A stretch of 49,691 nucleotides of DNA, counting the filler, from Bipalium vagum (taxonomy: Eukaryota), in assembly GCA_037834085.1 (NCBI GenBank). It is 3 parts of 3 records of this genome, joined end to end, with 100 filler letters (N's around TTAATTAATTAA, not from the genome) between each part and the next. Parts side by side here need not be neighbours in the genome. Positions count along the whole stretch, not along the records: positions 15,806 to 32,186 come from JBBMKC010114195.1; positions 32,287 to 49,691 come from JBBMKC010067058.1; 1 more part is not named here. The stretch is one strand, 5' to 3'. A program made the translations under genes and the position numbers. Below the pieces are notes generated by a model, which worked only from the letters and a program-made list of their open reading frames with translations, had not been told where the DNA came from and did not search any database. Each line of letters starts with the position of its first letter. Position 1 is the first letter of the stretch. Below, one piece after another: positions 24,157 through 37,710 of this stretch.

Positions 24157-25199
24157 TAAAAATAATTGAGATAAAATATTATTTATATTGTCATTTATCA
24201 GCGGAAAAGGTAGGTTAAGATGAAAAGCTCTTCAAATTATAATTGGCAATAATAAATATAAATAAACTTTCACGGCCATAAAATCAAAATTTAATCATTT
24301 CAATAATTAAAAATCTTTTATTGCTCGTTTCGAATGAATAAATTTAAAAGTGATTTATGGTTTTTTAATTTTTATAATTGCTATTTATGATAATACTTGA
24401 CCGGTAAAAGAATTAATGATATATTTTAATTATCTCAACCTAAAATATTCTAACTAACGAGTTTTGGTCTGGTGAAATAAACATAAATTAATGAATATAT
24501 TTTATTTATAAAATTTTTATTTATTTATTTAAGTTCCATTATAGACAATTTAAGAATTTGAAAAAATTAAATGAAATATTTATGGTTCACAGGGGATCTA
24601 ATTAATTTTATTTTTGATAATTTCGATTAGGAAAAACAGAAATATTTAAATGAGGAAAAACTTTTGAAAGAAATACTTTATTTTGTTGGTGTTCATACTA
24701 TTAATAGGAAACAATTTAAAATAATTGCGTTGTTATAAATAATAAAAAAAATAATGCTTAATAATATTACTATTTTTTTTAATTATACGTGTATCATGAA
24801 AAATTACTCATATATATTATGTAAAAAATTTCCAATCGCTCTAAAATCCTGATGAAATTTAATTATCTTTAAAGGTCTTAAGGAATTATAAATTTATTCT
24901 TTTAAGAGTTGTTTTAGTGAAACCAAGAATTTATCGACTCTAAGCTGATTTACGTGGCACGCATGAAAATATAATGGGAAATTGATGAATTGATTATATT
25001 TGAGAATACAATTTAAATGGATTTTGTTTTTATTTACCATTTCTTTTGCAGTAAATAAGACGTGAATTAAAAAATGAATGCAATCGAATATAGAAGAGGA
25101 ATAAAGTTTCTCGTCTTGCTTTAAGAATCAAATGCCAATATTCATAGTCAAATATTCGATATGTACGTAGATAAATTTTCTTCAGAAAAGACAATTTAT

Positions 25200-25430
25200 T
25201 ATTGGATTGCGGAGTTTCGTGGTAGAAAATGCTTGAGGTGCGCACTGACCGCCCATACAAACTGATAAAGAAAATTTAGCTATACGAGCAACTGGTCAAA
25301 AACAAACGAAGGATTACCATCAAGAAGCTAGCCTGTATGCTTAACATTGGCGTGCGCAAAACGTGAGAAACATTGTCCTTTCTCAAAATTCAGAAGTTGT
25401 CATCTCGATTTGTTCCACATTTCTTCACTA
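25200..25430 (+). mobile_element. Mariner transposase 5' fragment; a probable 3' remainder and TIR lie at ~26455-26630
   Basis: LVKNKRRITIKKLACMLNIG..KIQKLSSRFVPHFFT (a WVPHEL-type linker). Confidence 0.7.
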
Positions 25431-26084
25431 CTGTGATTTTACCTCCTTAATCACCTTTCTTGACCCACATCGAAAATTTATTTTCTAAGTGAAAGGAATG
25501 TGTTTAAAGTGAAAGACATTCTAATGAAGAAGAATAATTAAAAGTGAAGATTGTTCTGGATTGAAAAAATTGTTTTAATTTAAAATTTTAATTCTTTTTA
25601 AAAAATATAAAATTTTATATTAAAAAAGGTTTTTAAAATTAAACAAAAAAGGGATAACAAAAAAATAATGATAAAAATTTTATTTTTTAATCAATAAGAA
25701 CGGCGAAATTTTATAAAAATCATGTGATATAATTTAAAGATAATTGAGAAAAATATTAAAATGACTGAAGACGATCTGATTGAAAGAGATCAAAACGTGT
25801 TTCAAAATTGTATTGTAAAAAGACTGTTTTTTATAATGAATTGTTTGCTAAAAAGTGTGTTTGTGAAAAATAACAAGATTTTGTTCACTAAATTTATACA
25901 TATAGTCGGAAGAGATATTTAATCTCATTTAGGCATCTCAGGCAAATATGTCAAGTGATGTAGACTCCTCCAACCCTGTTTGTCAATGAAGAATTTTGTC
26001 AGTAGAGAATGTCCAGTTACGGGATCATTTTATATGGATTTTCAGGTCATTTGTCTTAACTCATTTGCTTTAACTGAATCATTT

Positions 26085-26300
26085 CCGATGAATATTGAAG
26101 GTTTATGTATAACTTCTGTAACGCAATTCAAAATGCCTTTTTGGTCGCTCATAAGACAAACCAATTTTTAAAAGGTTGAGGATCTGTTTTTTCTTAAGTT
26201 GTTGTCTGTTGGTTTCGATTCAACAAGTTTTCCATGTGGTTAAAATTGATGTATATGTACCATTTTTCATCATTTATAATGCACGATAAGAAAAAATTAT
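26085..26300 (-). mobile_element. Adjacent mariner (~26165-26300) and MULE-like (~26085-26160) transposase scraps
   Basis: IINDEKWYIYINF (cf. TGDEKWxxYxN), then LMSDQ/KGILNCVTEVI across a frameshift (cf. MULE SDxxKGLxNAVxxVF). Confidence 0.45.
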
Positions 26301-27724
26301 TGAGGAGGAAGGGCAAAACGGAAATAAAAAAGAAAAACTAATACAAATAATGATTATTCTATTGTTCCAAAATAGAGTGAACCCACATACCCAATTTTTG
26401 AATTTTGTGAAAAATTCCAGGTGGTTGTTGCTTGTTCAGCAACCACTCCAATAGCACCTTTTGCGGGTCACTTAACGAAAACTTTGCCGCAGAAATTGAC
26501 TTAGACTCTCAAGATCAAATCGTCGCTGAAGCTCAAAAAGCTGCTTTCCGTGAACGTAAGGCAAGTTTTTAGCGGCTTCGTGACGAAAATTTTTAGTCTT
26601 TTCATGCGGCACTTTATTTTCATAACCTGAATTAAAGTTATTTATTGGTTGTGTATTTAGTGCAATTTACCAAATAGAGAGTACTTATGCAACACTTAAG
26701 TATTTAAATTACTGAAAATCTACGTTTGCCATACGTCACAGTTATACTTGCAATCTACCTCTGAACTCTTTCAAATTCGAATGGATTATTTTACACATTA
26801 TCTTGTGTTATATGGGAAATTGTCGAAGAATTATTCGATGGAAGAGGTCCATCCTTGGGTTTAGGAAGAATAAAATGACGAAAATGTGAACATTTATTAA
26901 TCCAACATCATATTAAGATGTTCTAGTCCGATAAATATACACAAAATGTCTTTCTGCAATCATCAACACATTTTATGAAAATCTTTTAATATAGAACTTA
27001 TGGACGAAAAATGTAATCAAGGAAGTGGTATTTGCATTCAAGGAGATGAACAAATTCTTAAGATAAAGTTTGCATGGAAGAAATACCCGAAGGGGTTGTA
27101 AAATTTCACCAGACAAAGATATTCTTGATGAATTTGAACATATTTCTTTATTTTTATTCGACTCTGGCTTTTAAAGCCTCTTTTCACCTTTACGTTGTCA
27201 TTCATTGGACAGTTAATTCTCAAGTTCAAGGACCATTATTTATTCACGTAATAATAAGCTCAAATGGCGCAATCGGACATTTTAAAGTAATATCTTTGTC
27301 ATTGAACTTTAAAATCACCCTCGATATCAGCACGTATTTTTTAATTTCACAATTTTTGCAAGTGCAATCTGGGGCCTGTGAACTTGCATAGAAATGATTA
27401 GAACAATTTTGGAACTTCACATTTATCTTTGTTTTTAAATTTACAATTTTTTAAAAATTTATCTTTTTTTGGTTAATTTTAATTTAAAATTGTTTTGCCA
27501 TTCAAATGATATAAGAACCAATTGGTCCGTTTTTATAACGTCCGTATTTTAAACATTTGAAAGAAAACAGAGCTTGTTCCTTAGAAGATCACTTTCAGAA
27601 AAGTTCTAGTCGAGACTTTGGTTGTACTGTGTATTTTCAATGGAAGGAAACTCTTTCTAATTCTGCGTGGAGTTTAATATTACTAATTTTGATTGGCATT
27701 TTTATGAAGTGACAGTAATAATAA

Positions 27725-27869
27725 NNNNNNNNNNNNNNNNNNNNNNNNNNNNNNNNNNNNNNNNNNNNNNNNNNNNNNNNNNNNNNNNNNNNNNNNNNNN
27801 NNNNNNNNNNNNNNNNNNNNNNNNNNNNNNNNNNNNNNNNNNNNNNNNNNNNNNNNNNNNNNNNNNNNN
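27725..27869. other. Assembly gap (N run)
   Basis: Direct reading. Confidence 0.99.
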
Positions 27870-30015
27870 TTTTTCGAGACCAATTTCCATTGAAGGAAAA
27901 GAACGTTTTCTTCAATGAAAAATAAAATTGCAATCAATATTTCTTTGCCTTCTTAAATTTCCGAGCGATTTAAAATCTGACAAGAGAGTATCATTAATGA
28001 AAAGGGAAAAAACAGTATTTGTTTTGTCAAATGATTAATTAATCTTTGCAGTTGAGAATCGTGAAAGTCAGAAAAAAAGTTGTCATTTTTGATAAATTTC
28101 GGCGTCAGAAAAATTTGTTATCAGTGATCTGTTGTTATTAAAAATGAGGAGACAGAAAAATATCCTCACTATCAATTATTATCATCGTTTCTCGAAAATT
28201 TTTGACATAAACATAAATGGCAAACTGCCAATTAATGTTGACAGCATTTTTGATGTGCAGCACGGTTAATCTTTATTAGCATTTGAAAATCATGTTGAGC
28301 CTGATAGATAATCAATCAAGATCCCCCATTACTTGGGGATTTAGATGAATGGCGATATGGGCTGTAAAGAACAATAAATCAACATCTCGTGTGAGACGAT
28401 TACAAATGACATCCCAGCCTTGTGAGGTTGATTTAGATTTTCCTTTCTTTCCCCAATGTTGTTGAAAACCAAAAATGTACTTATCTACGTATCTCTGATC
28501 ACGGTGAATTATTAGTTTTTTTGTGACTTGATTTTCAAACGAAAATAAAACGGTCTTTTTTCTCCTTCAATTTTTTTCTCTCCCGAAAAACAAAAAAAAC
28601 TGCCATCAATAAATACAAAAAATTATCAAAAAATCCACTAACAACACCGCCCAATATCAATCGTTACATTTCTTTCATGCATAAAACAGATGGTAAAATT
28701 ACTAAACAACAAAAAAAAACGAAGAAGAAGAAAGACGAACAATCATTTTTAATTAAATTATCATATTAAAAAAATCCTTGGGAATTTTATCAAGAAATCA
28801 TTTCATTTATGAAACACACGCCGATCACAGCGAGATCAGGTTTTAAGACAAGACGACAGAAACGATTAGTAAATGTTGGCCAAATTTTAATTAGGTAGGG
28901 AAATGGAAAGTTAAAATATGGCTCCGATATGGAATGGTTATTGACATGTGCTTATCATTGAGAAGAGCGAGGAACATACTGAAAACTGCAATCTTACACG
29001 AACGTAAGACGAAAGGAGAAGTTCGCACAGTTACACTTCTGACATCCATCTTGATGCAATATCTCCCAGACATGAAACCCCAAGCTGCACCTAGAACTCC
29101 TTTTGCTTATCGACAGATTGTTTACATAGGACATATGTCAATATTATTATGTCTCTCGATAGTCCGCTCATGTCGCTTTATGTCATATCTCACTAATAAA
29201 TGTTTTATTTAAAATGAATAAATTTCAATTTTTCCCCATTTTCTTTTGCATGTACGGAGAAAGTGATCTGCTTGATTTCATGAAATATATTGCGCTTTTT
29301 AGTCCAATTATCAAGTGTTTCTTGCCGTTGCAAATTGACAGATGGAAATGGAGATGGGGAAAATTTTCTCTTTTTTATTCCAGGGCAAAAAACAAGAGGA
29401 AAACTAAGAGACATTTACGGGAAAATATTCTCGACAAAATTATCGTTTCGTTATCGTTATCATCATTTGAGGCGATTACAGAAGATCTCCGTGAACGTTG
29501 CCCATGGATTTCTTGGGACAATAAATTATTAATGAACAATATAAACATTAAAGCCGAATTTTCACTTCAAATGATGATAAATAATTGACAAATTCGATGT
29601 ATACCAACCGAGTTGAAATATTTATAATATTTACATTATCAGATTTTGTCAATAAAAAGGGAAATTATTGGCGGAATGTCGTAATAATAGATAACATTCC
29701 ATTTAGGTATTAATAAGTATTTTACATTATATTATATAATTATTAATTTTCATAATTAATTTATACTCTGACGATCATGAGAAATGAAAAGGAGAAGTAT
29801 TTTTTGGAGAAAATAATTTTGTTATTTCATCAGAAATGGATGATATGGAAAACCAGAAATTTTTTAAAAAAAACTAGCATATTTGTTAAAAAATACTATT
29901 TTTGTATTATTTTTATTAAAATATTTCAGTAAAAATTGAACAATTTACTCAGTTATATTCCTGAGTTGTCATTTTAATAATAAGATGAGACCAAAGCAAT
30001 AATAATATATTTCAG

Positions 30016-30294
30016 TAAACCCGATTACTTAGTCAAACCTTTCAAAATTGGACCTCACATTTTTTAAATTAAATTATTTACTTTACAAAAATCTATCAAA
30101 AATTATTTTGCCCTTTTTATTTACATTTATACATTAAATTTTTAACCAATAAAAGTATCCAATAACCATTAAAAACTGTAACTTATAAAATTTTTAAAAC
30201 TTTAAATTATAAACATTTGATAAGCGTTAATTTAAGGCTGAGGTCTTAATTTTAAAAACTTCATTCAAAGTAATTATTCGAACGACGCTTTATA
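30016..30294 (+). repeat. Dispersed MITE-like repeat, copy 2 of 3
   Basis: TAAACCCGATTACTTAGTCAAACCTTTCAAAATTGGACCTCAC ... CTGAGGTCTTAATTTTAAAAACTTC..TTCGAACGACGCTTTATA. Confidence 0.8.
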
Positions 30295-30614
30295 AACTCC
30301 AAAATTTAATTACAATAAAATTATCTCATTACATCAAAACAGATTAAAACGATCACTAAAAGCATTTAAAGATAATTTATTATTTTATTAAAATAAAATC
30401 ATATAAATATATTAAAATTAATTGAAAAGTCTAGCATTTATATTAATATTTGTTTTATCAAATCAATTAAAGCATGAAATAAAAAATTAATTTATAAGTA
30501 TAGGTATTATAATTTAATTACTATTAATAATTATAAAAATTCAGAATAGCTGAAAAAATATCTTATTTAATTCTGGAGAAATCAATGTATTAATTGCCTA
30601 CAGTTTTAATAAGA

Positions 30615-31530
30615 AAATGTCTGCGATGGAAACAACCAATGAAATTAATTTTTTTGACCAAATAGTGTGGTTCCGTAAGGTTCAAGCAGTTAGAACGTCC
30701 TTTGATGATCACCCAGCTTGGGTCGCCCAAAAGATGTGACTACTGATGAAAATATGGGTGCTGTTCGAGATCTGATCAACAAAAATTCCTGGATCACTAT
30801 AAATCAGATGGCAGAAGTACTGAAATTCTCTGGAGAAGAAATCAATAATATTCTACATGAATTCTTCAGCACCAGAAATCTTTGTGTCCTTATAGGTTTG
30901 TGACTTTATAGTTTAAATTTTTCAAGAGAAACTTGATAAATTTAAATTGTGAGGTTCTAGCATTATTAATCTATGGTAACTGATAATGAGACTGGTTGAT
31001 TTTTATGAGAATTTGTCATCGCGTAAGGCAAAAGCATGAGATCCAAAATCTGAGATTCACGTGAAGAAGATAATGTATGGTGTATTCTTCCATTTGACAT
31101 GAATTGTAAAAATTATCAATTTTGTAAAAGGAAAAAGGATCACGAAAGAATGATATACAAATATCTGTTTTCCTGGAGTCTTTGCATCACTTTCTGAGAC
31201 CCGTTCAAAGTGTGATGTAAAGGGATAAGTCTTCACCATGATAATGTCCGTTCTTATAAATCTTCACTAACGACAACATACATGAATGGTATGGGAGTCA
31301 AGGTGTTTCACACACTCCATGAAGTTCAAAGATATCTCACTGTGATTTTTGGCTCTTCAAAAACCTCGAAAAATTTAAGAGATCGAAAGCTTAAGACAGA
31401 GGAAGAGTTGGAAATAGCTGCTTTTTTCTTCTTTGACAGTATCCCTTCTGCGGGCTGGCGCAAAGTCTATCGCAAATGACAATATCAGATGATACGGTGT
31501 ATTGCAGTTTTGGGAGATTATTTCTAAAGA
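30615..31530 (+). mobile_element. Decayed mariner element
   Basis: GRPKDVTTDENMGAVRDLINKNSWITINQMAEVL..ILHE; MVTDNET (cf. TGDETW); HHDNVRSY; NLRDRKLKTEEEL. Confidence 0.85.
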
Positions 31531-32095
31531 TTTTGAAAAAAATCAATAAACATTTTTGTTTACTTATGCTAAAGACTTCAATTATACTAACATTATTAAT
31601 AATATTACATTAATGGATGATTAGGAAATTTTAATGTGAAATTGTACAATTCAGAAATTGGAAAAGAACAATTTTGACCTTTTATTTTCTAAATCTCGAT
31701 CATTAAAACAGATATTTGTAATTCATAGATTTCTCAATTCTTACAAGGCTTACTTCAAAGGATCAAAGTAGATATGAAAAGGTAAAATATCAAGTTTTTG
31801 TAAAGGAAATTTTATGATATTTATAAGATTCATTTATTTATAATTATATTACAAAAAGTTCATTATTAGCAGTCATTTTCACAAAGATAATATTGTTACT
31901 TTTATAATTGTGTATCTCTAAGTTCTTAACTATTACTGATCCTGCACTAATAGTTATTAACTTGTTCTTACTATCGTAAATCAAAATAACCACAATAAAC
32001 TTCACTGCATAAATCAAAGCAAACCTTTTTTCATTAAGTACCAAAATATCAATCATTTTTAATTAATACATTTCAAATAACCTAAAATCACAATA

Positions 32096-32186
32096 CAGTT
32101 GAGTCTCGTATATAACGAACTCCGATATAACGAACCTGTGTGAAACAAATGGTTGGCCGCACATCATATATATACAAATTAAACTT
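32096..32186 (+). mobile_element. pogo/Tigger-type terminal repeat running into an assembly gap
   Basis: TA|CAGTTGAGTCTCGTATATAACGAACTCCGATATAACGAAC: CAGT start with a tandem ATATAACGAAC transposase-binding-like repeat. Confidence 0.6.
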
Positions 32187-32286
32187 NNNNNNNNNNNNNN
32201 NNNNNNNNNNNNNNNNNNNNNNNNNNNNNNTTAATTAATTAANNNNNNNNNNNNNNNNNNNNNNNNNNNNNNNNNNNNNNNNNNNN
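32187..32286. other. Assembly gap with artificial spacer (44 N + TTAATTAATTAA + 44 N)
   Basis: Exactly 100 nt; same as 15706-15805. Confidence 0.9.
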
Positions 32287-32350
<64 letters not shown>

Positions 32351-32365
32351 TATTACTATTATTCA
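32287..32365. repeat. (TTA)n microsatellite at a gap edge
   Basis: Direct reading. Confidence 0.95.
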
Positions 32366-32917
32366 TTTTTATTATTCATTTTTATGATATATGAAGGATT
32401 TAATTTCTTTACTTATAAAATTTCAAACGAAGTGATCCGATTTATATTGACCCACATTGAAATCTTGAATCATACTACAATTGTCAAATGAATCAGAAAA
32501 GTGATCGGTCGACCAAATTGTTAGAAATTTGGAAACAAATACTGCGGAGATGTGTATTCAAGATTCCTTCTTTGAAGTTTCGGACACAAGAAATTATTTA
32601 ACAAAGTAGACACAGAGCTGATATTAATCCAAAATAATTCACAAAAAGAACAAAAACAAGAATTCCGGTGGTAAACCATAAAGAGTTTTTCAATTAGTAT
32701 AACCTGTGATGTACAGACCTTCAAAATATAAACCGATAACTTCTAATTATAATTATGAGAAGCTGGTAGCAGATAGATTAGGTAGATTTTTTATTATCTG
32801 TTTCTTTTTGGTAGAGCAGTCAAACAAAATTCAATTTGACATGAAAATTAAACAAATAATATCAAGATTTTCGTGAACATGTATAAAGAACCATTGTTCA
32901 TTTCCAAGACTCTACTA

Positions 32918-34040
32918 TTAGGTTGTACGGAAAGTCTTTTCGGTTATTCTGGTAAGGAAAATTTATAAAATTTATACGAAGATAACATTTTATTATATTA
33001 AATATTTATCAATTTTTTCAACCAAGTGTTTCCATCTTTCAGTTAATTCCATTATTTCAGTTTCATAAAATTTATTATCTTTTCCAGCAAAGAAATCGTC
33101 CATGTAGGGTTTAATGATGTCATCAGTGGCAAATATTTTCCAAACCAAAGAATCTGTCTGTGCAATGTCAGAACTATATAATGGATATGGCAACATATCC
33201 AAATCATGTTCTAACGGGTGACCAAAGAAGTTTTGTGATGTGCGTTGTCGTGATGAAACACAAAACGTACAAGACTTACCAATTCTGGATGTTTCTTCGG
33301 CAAGCAATCGTTTAATTTTGTTACTTGTTGGCAGTATACATTTGAGTTAATTGTTTTATTAAATGGTAAGAGCTAAGTATATAATACCCTTTTAATCCCA
33401 CCATATGGATAGCATATCATTTGTTGGTGAGTATCAGGTTTTGATATTCTTTGACTGGTCTCACCGGACTTTGACCGTGATCTTTTGCATTGGACATTAT
33501 TGTATAAAATACATTTTTCGTCTCCGGTTATCAGATTTTCAAAAATGGATTGCTTTGATTTCGTTTAAGGATCATGTCACAAATATTGATAGGTTGAGTT
33601 AACTGAATTTCATTCACTTTATGTATATTCCAGATTTCTTAAATGATTACCAATAGTTTTTTTTATATATCTCACAAACGGTAATATGTCTGTCTTTTTC
33701 GATAATCTCCTTTAATTGGTCTTCATTAAGTTGAACTGGCCTATAATAGCGTGATGTATCTCGAATCAAGAAATTTATGGAAAATAATTTGGTAAACAAT
33801 TTGACAAGTACGTTCTGTTATTCCATCTTTGCCATAGACTCTACATAGATTTTGATGTGTCTGCAACTATTTTGTCTTTTTAAAAGTACAATAAAGTGCA
33901 ATTTCTAAAATTTGTATTTTAGTGTTATTTACGGTTGAGAGCTAAATATTAACAAAAATAATTTCGTATTTGATAATGAATTAATCTTAAATGTTCATTT
34001 TGATTTTGCATTTTTAAAAATGCGCCATATAAAATTTATG
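32918..34040 (-). mobile_element. Near-full-length decayed mariner element
   Basis: TIR TA|TTAGGTTGTACGGAAAGTC at 32916. LPYPLYSSDIAQTD..FFAGKDNKFYETEIMELTERW; ITGDEK near 33515-33532. Confidence 0.85.
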
Positions 34041-34045
34041 TATTG

Positions 34046-34698
34046 TGGTGTCTGTTCTCTAATATCACACGCAAAAGAAGCTGGACAGACAAAGGACCAA
34101 CTGCACAACCTCAGCCAAAGGCTGAAATGCTCCAAAAGAAGCTCATGGTATGTGTGTGGTGGGATTTAAAAGGCGTTATTTATTGAGAAATGTTGGAACG
34201 TAATCAGACCATGAACTCAGATTTATATTGTCAACAACTGCAACGAGTAGCAGATGCCTTTAAAAAATGTCGGACAGGATCGAATCAAGGAATCTTTCTT
34301 CATGATAATGCCCGACCACACGTTTCAAACCTCACCCATCAAAAACTTTTGCAGTTCAAATGGGAAATTTTGCCTCACCCACCATACTCACCCGACCTAG
34401 CGCCCTCAGATTATCATTTATTCCGGGGGCTGCAGAACTTCCTGGAAGACAAAGAGTGTAGGACTGATAAAGAATTGGAAACTGCAGTTGGAAATTTCTT
34501 TGCTAGCAAACCAATGGAATTTTACAAGAAAGGCATTCACGATCTACCCCGTCGTTGGAAGGAAGTATTGGAGAACAACGGTGACTACATTATTGACTGA
34601 TATGGGACTTTTGATGAATTGTTTCATTGTATTTTTATTATATTTTCAATGAAATCATTCATAATAAAAGTAGTGCGAGAACTTTGTTTCCAACCTAA
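34046..34698 (+). mobile_element. Well-preserved 5'-truncated mariner (D34D) transposase with right TIR
   Basis: WCLFSNITRKRSW..KKLMVCVWWDLKGVIY*EMLERNQTMNSDLYC..LHDNARPH..HPPYSPDLAPSDYHLF. There are exactly 34 residues between the last two Asp and one nonsense codon. Ends CCAACCTAA|TA. Confidence 0.95.
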
Positions 34699-37600
34699 TA
34701 GATCTCAAAACTATATGAACCATCTACAGACCTATGTTAAGAGTTTTGTTCAAGGCGCAAATCGAAGAAGAAGGGAAACATATAATAATTGAGAGTATGG
34801 TAAATAAGTCTAAGTAACCATCGGTACATTTTCTCTTCTCCGTGTGTTAGTCTTATTCTGACAAATGGTGGAGATTGAACAAAAATTCTTTATTGAATTT
34901 CTTATGATTCAATGATACGCTGGGTTGATGACCTCGTGTAGAGGATCGGAGATATTTAACAATGATCTTGTTTAAGAAAAAAGAAAAATGTATTGTTAAA
35001 AGAAAAATGTATTAATAAGTTCACTAACTTTTTGTAAAAAATTGTAAAAATTGTAAAATTTTAATTATTTTTTCTTATTTTCGTTTTTTAATAAATTTTT
35101 TAAAAACTTGTCATTTCATATTTCTGAAAAATGACATAAATAATGCAAAATTAATTAAATTTTAAAAGCAATCATTTAAAATTATAATAATAATGATTAT
35201 TTACTGTCTAATTAAAACAATAAATTATTTTTAACAATAACTTGAAATTTAATATTAAAATATTTTATACGATTTAAAAATAATTTTTCAGCATAATATC
35301 AAAGAAAATTCCTCAAAGGTGAAAAAAGTTTCGTTGTTTAAAAGAAATATTTAAATAAATAAAATTATTCGTAAAAAGAATGAGAACCATAACACGTATA
35401 TAATTGCTTTAATATTTTTAAAAAAAGAATGAATCAATTATGTTTTTTTAAATAAGCGCTTTTTGTTAATTGAGAGTAAATTTTATTTACACATTGTTTA
35501 TTATTATACATGTGTCGAACCTTTCATCAGTTCTACTTTAGTCATTAATATTTGACATGATACCTTTTTATTACCTTAATGATTCGTGTTAACAATCAAA
35601 TTAACATTCAAGTAGGAGAAAATAAAAACAAACTGAATTTCAGTGTGTTCTGATTGATATTATATTATTTTTCAAAAAATGTTAACCATTCAGAATTTGA
35701 TAAAATATTTTAATTATACCATCATTTTTTAGGTTAAAATTCAATTCCTGATATACAATTGGTCAATAAAAAAAGATACCTAATTATAAACTTCAAGGTC
35801 CTTTTGAATCAGAGGTCTCTATCAAGAGTAATGACGAAACAAACAAGCAAAAATATCAGTCTTTATTGGACGAATTCAAATTCGAACTCGGAAGAAAATT
35901 TTACTATGATATCAAAACATTTATAATCGGAGAGAGAGGTTTGTGAATCCCATCAGACTACCAAATACTCTGTGCATTTAAAATACCAGAATTAATTCAA
36001 TTGTGGAAAAATGTGGGGTCAGTAAAAACATCAACACTCAAAATATCAGGAAAAAGTTCATAGCCAAAGCCGAGTAAAAAAACTTTCCCCTGTCATGGAC
36101 AACCAAATCTTAGATTTTAAATAAATTACTGTTTTTGTTTTTATTTTCATTTTTTAAGGTATAACATCAAATATTGAAAACTGGTAAAAGGTCAGAAACA
36201 TACCGAAGCATATCAGAATAATAAATGTGTAAAAAATTGTTTTCAATTGATAAAATACGTTTAATTGAAAAATAAATATATTTATTGCAGAAAAAAGACA
36301 TATCGAGGTATAAAGATAAAACTGAAACTTTAAAAAATAGTTCAAAATTTTTTATTCTCTTTCAAAACAGTGTGGCATAAATTAAAGATAAAAGACTTCA
36401 GATTGATATACGAAAGATTAAAAATTAAAATCAGCAGCCAGAATTCAGAACTGACTCTGAAAAGTGGATCAGTTTTTTAGATTTTATAGTATATAATGAA
36501 GAAAATAATCACAGAATTGACAACATATCACATCTTATGGAATTTCTATGGGAAACACGGAATTAACTCTGGTCAAAAGAAAAAATTTTTTCCAAAAAAA
36601 AGGGTTTTTAAAAAAGTTACGTGAAATCGTAATTGGTAATTTCCATTTTAAAAGATTTTAAAATATTTTTATAAAAATATGATAATAAAATTAATTATTT
36701 TCTATTTTTAAATCATAAAAATATTTTAAGTAAAATTTAATTATAGTATTTATTATTAATAATAATAATTAATAATAATGAATAAATTCATTATATTATA
36801 AATTCATGATTATTTTTTCCTTTTATGAAAAATAAAAAATCATTCATTTAAAACAAAATTCAATATTTGAAATTATAATTTTATGCACTTTTAATTTATA
36901 ATTATAAATAATTACTGTATATTTCATTAAAAAAATTTCCAAAGATAATTTTCTTTTCAAATAATTTTTTCATATATTGAATTTCCATTAATTTCGATTT
37001 TTTAAAATTTTTCCTCCAAAATTATTCAAAAAAGATCATTTTCTTTTTACTTTTGATTACTTGTAAGAAAATGTTAGGCTTTGATAAAATAAATTTAAGA
37101 ATTATTAATTAAAATTATATTTCATTTTCTTAACATTTTCCATTCATGATTAAATTTCAAATATAATTTCCAATTACCATCCTTAACAGTTGAATGCCCT
37201 AATTCCGAGCGTTACATCTTTACCAGTCCATGATTAACAAAACATTCAGTTAAACGAAAATTTGGCCCAACCTTTATAATAAATTAATTTATGCATTGCT
37301 TTCCCACATTGGTTTCCACATTAGACTGTATTAGGAATTGTTAAAATTTTGTTGTAAAACGGCAATAAGAAACAATTTCTTGAGGAAATCGGTCTACTTT
37401 CCTCAGTGAAGAAAATGGATGGATTGCCATTTCAAATTGATAAATTAATAAAATTAAATGAACATGGGTAGGGGAAAACAAATCACATATATAATCTTCG
37501 TTCGTTTCATCTTCATTCTACACTTTGAAAGACGAATCAATGTTGATCTCCATGATAATAATAGTAATGAGAATAGACAATATATTATTCATTAATATAC

Positions 37601-37710
37601 AAAAATATACAAAAATAATATATTTATTATTATTATATTTTTACGATTTTATATTTTCTTATATGTATTTATATTCTTGTGTTGTCATATTTAATAATAA
37701 TATATTTAAT

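Noticed and set aside
27637-27937. ORFs spanning the N run
   Set aside because: Open only because N codons are not stops.
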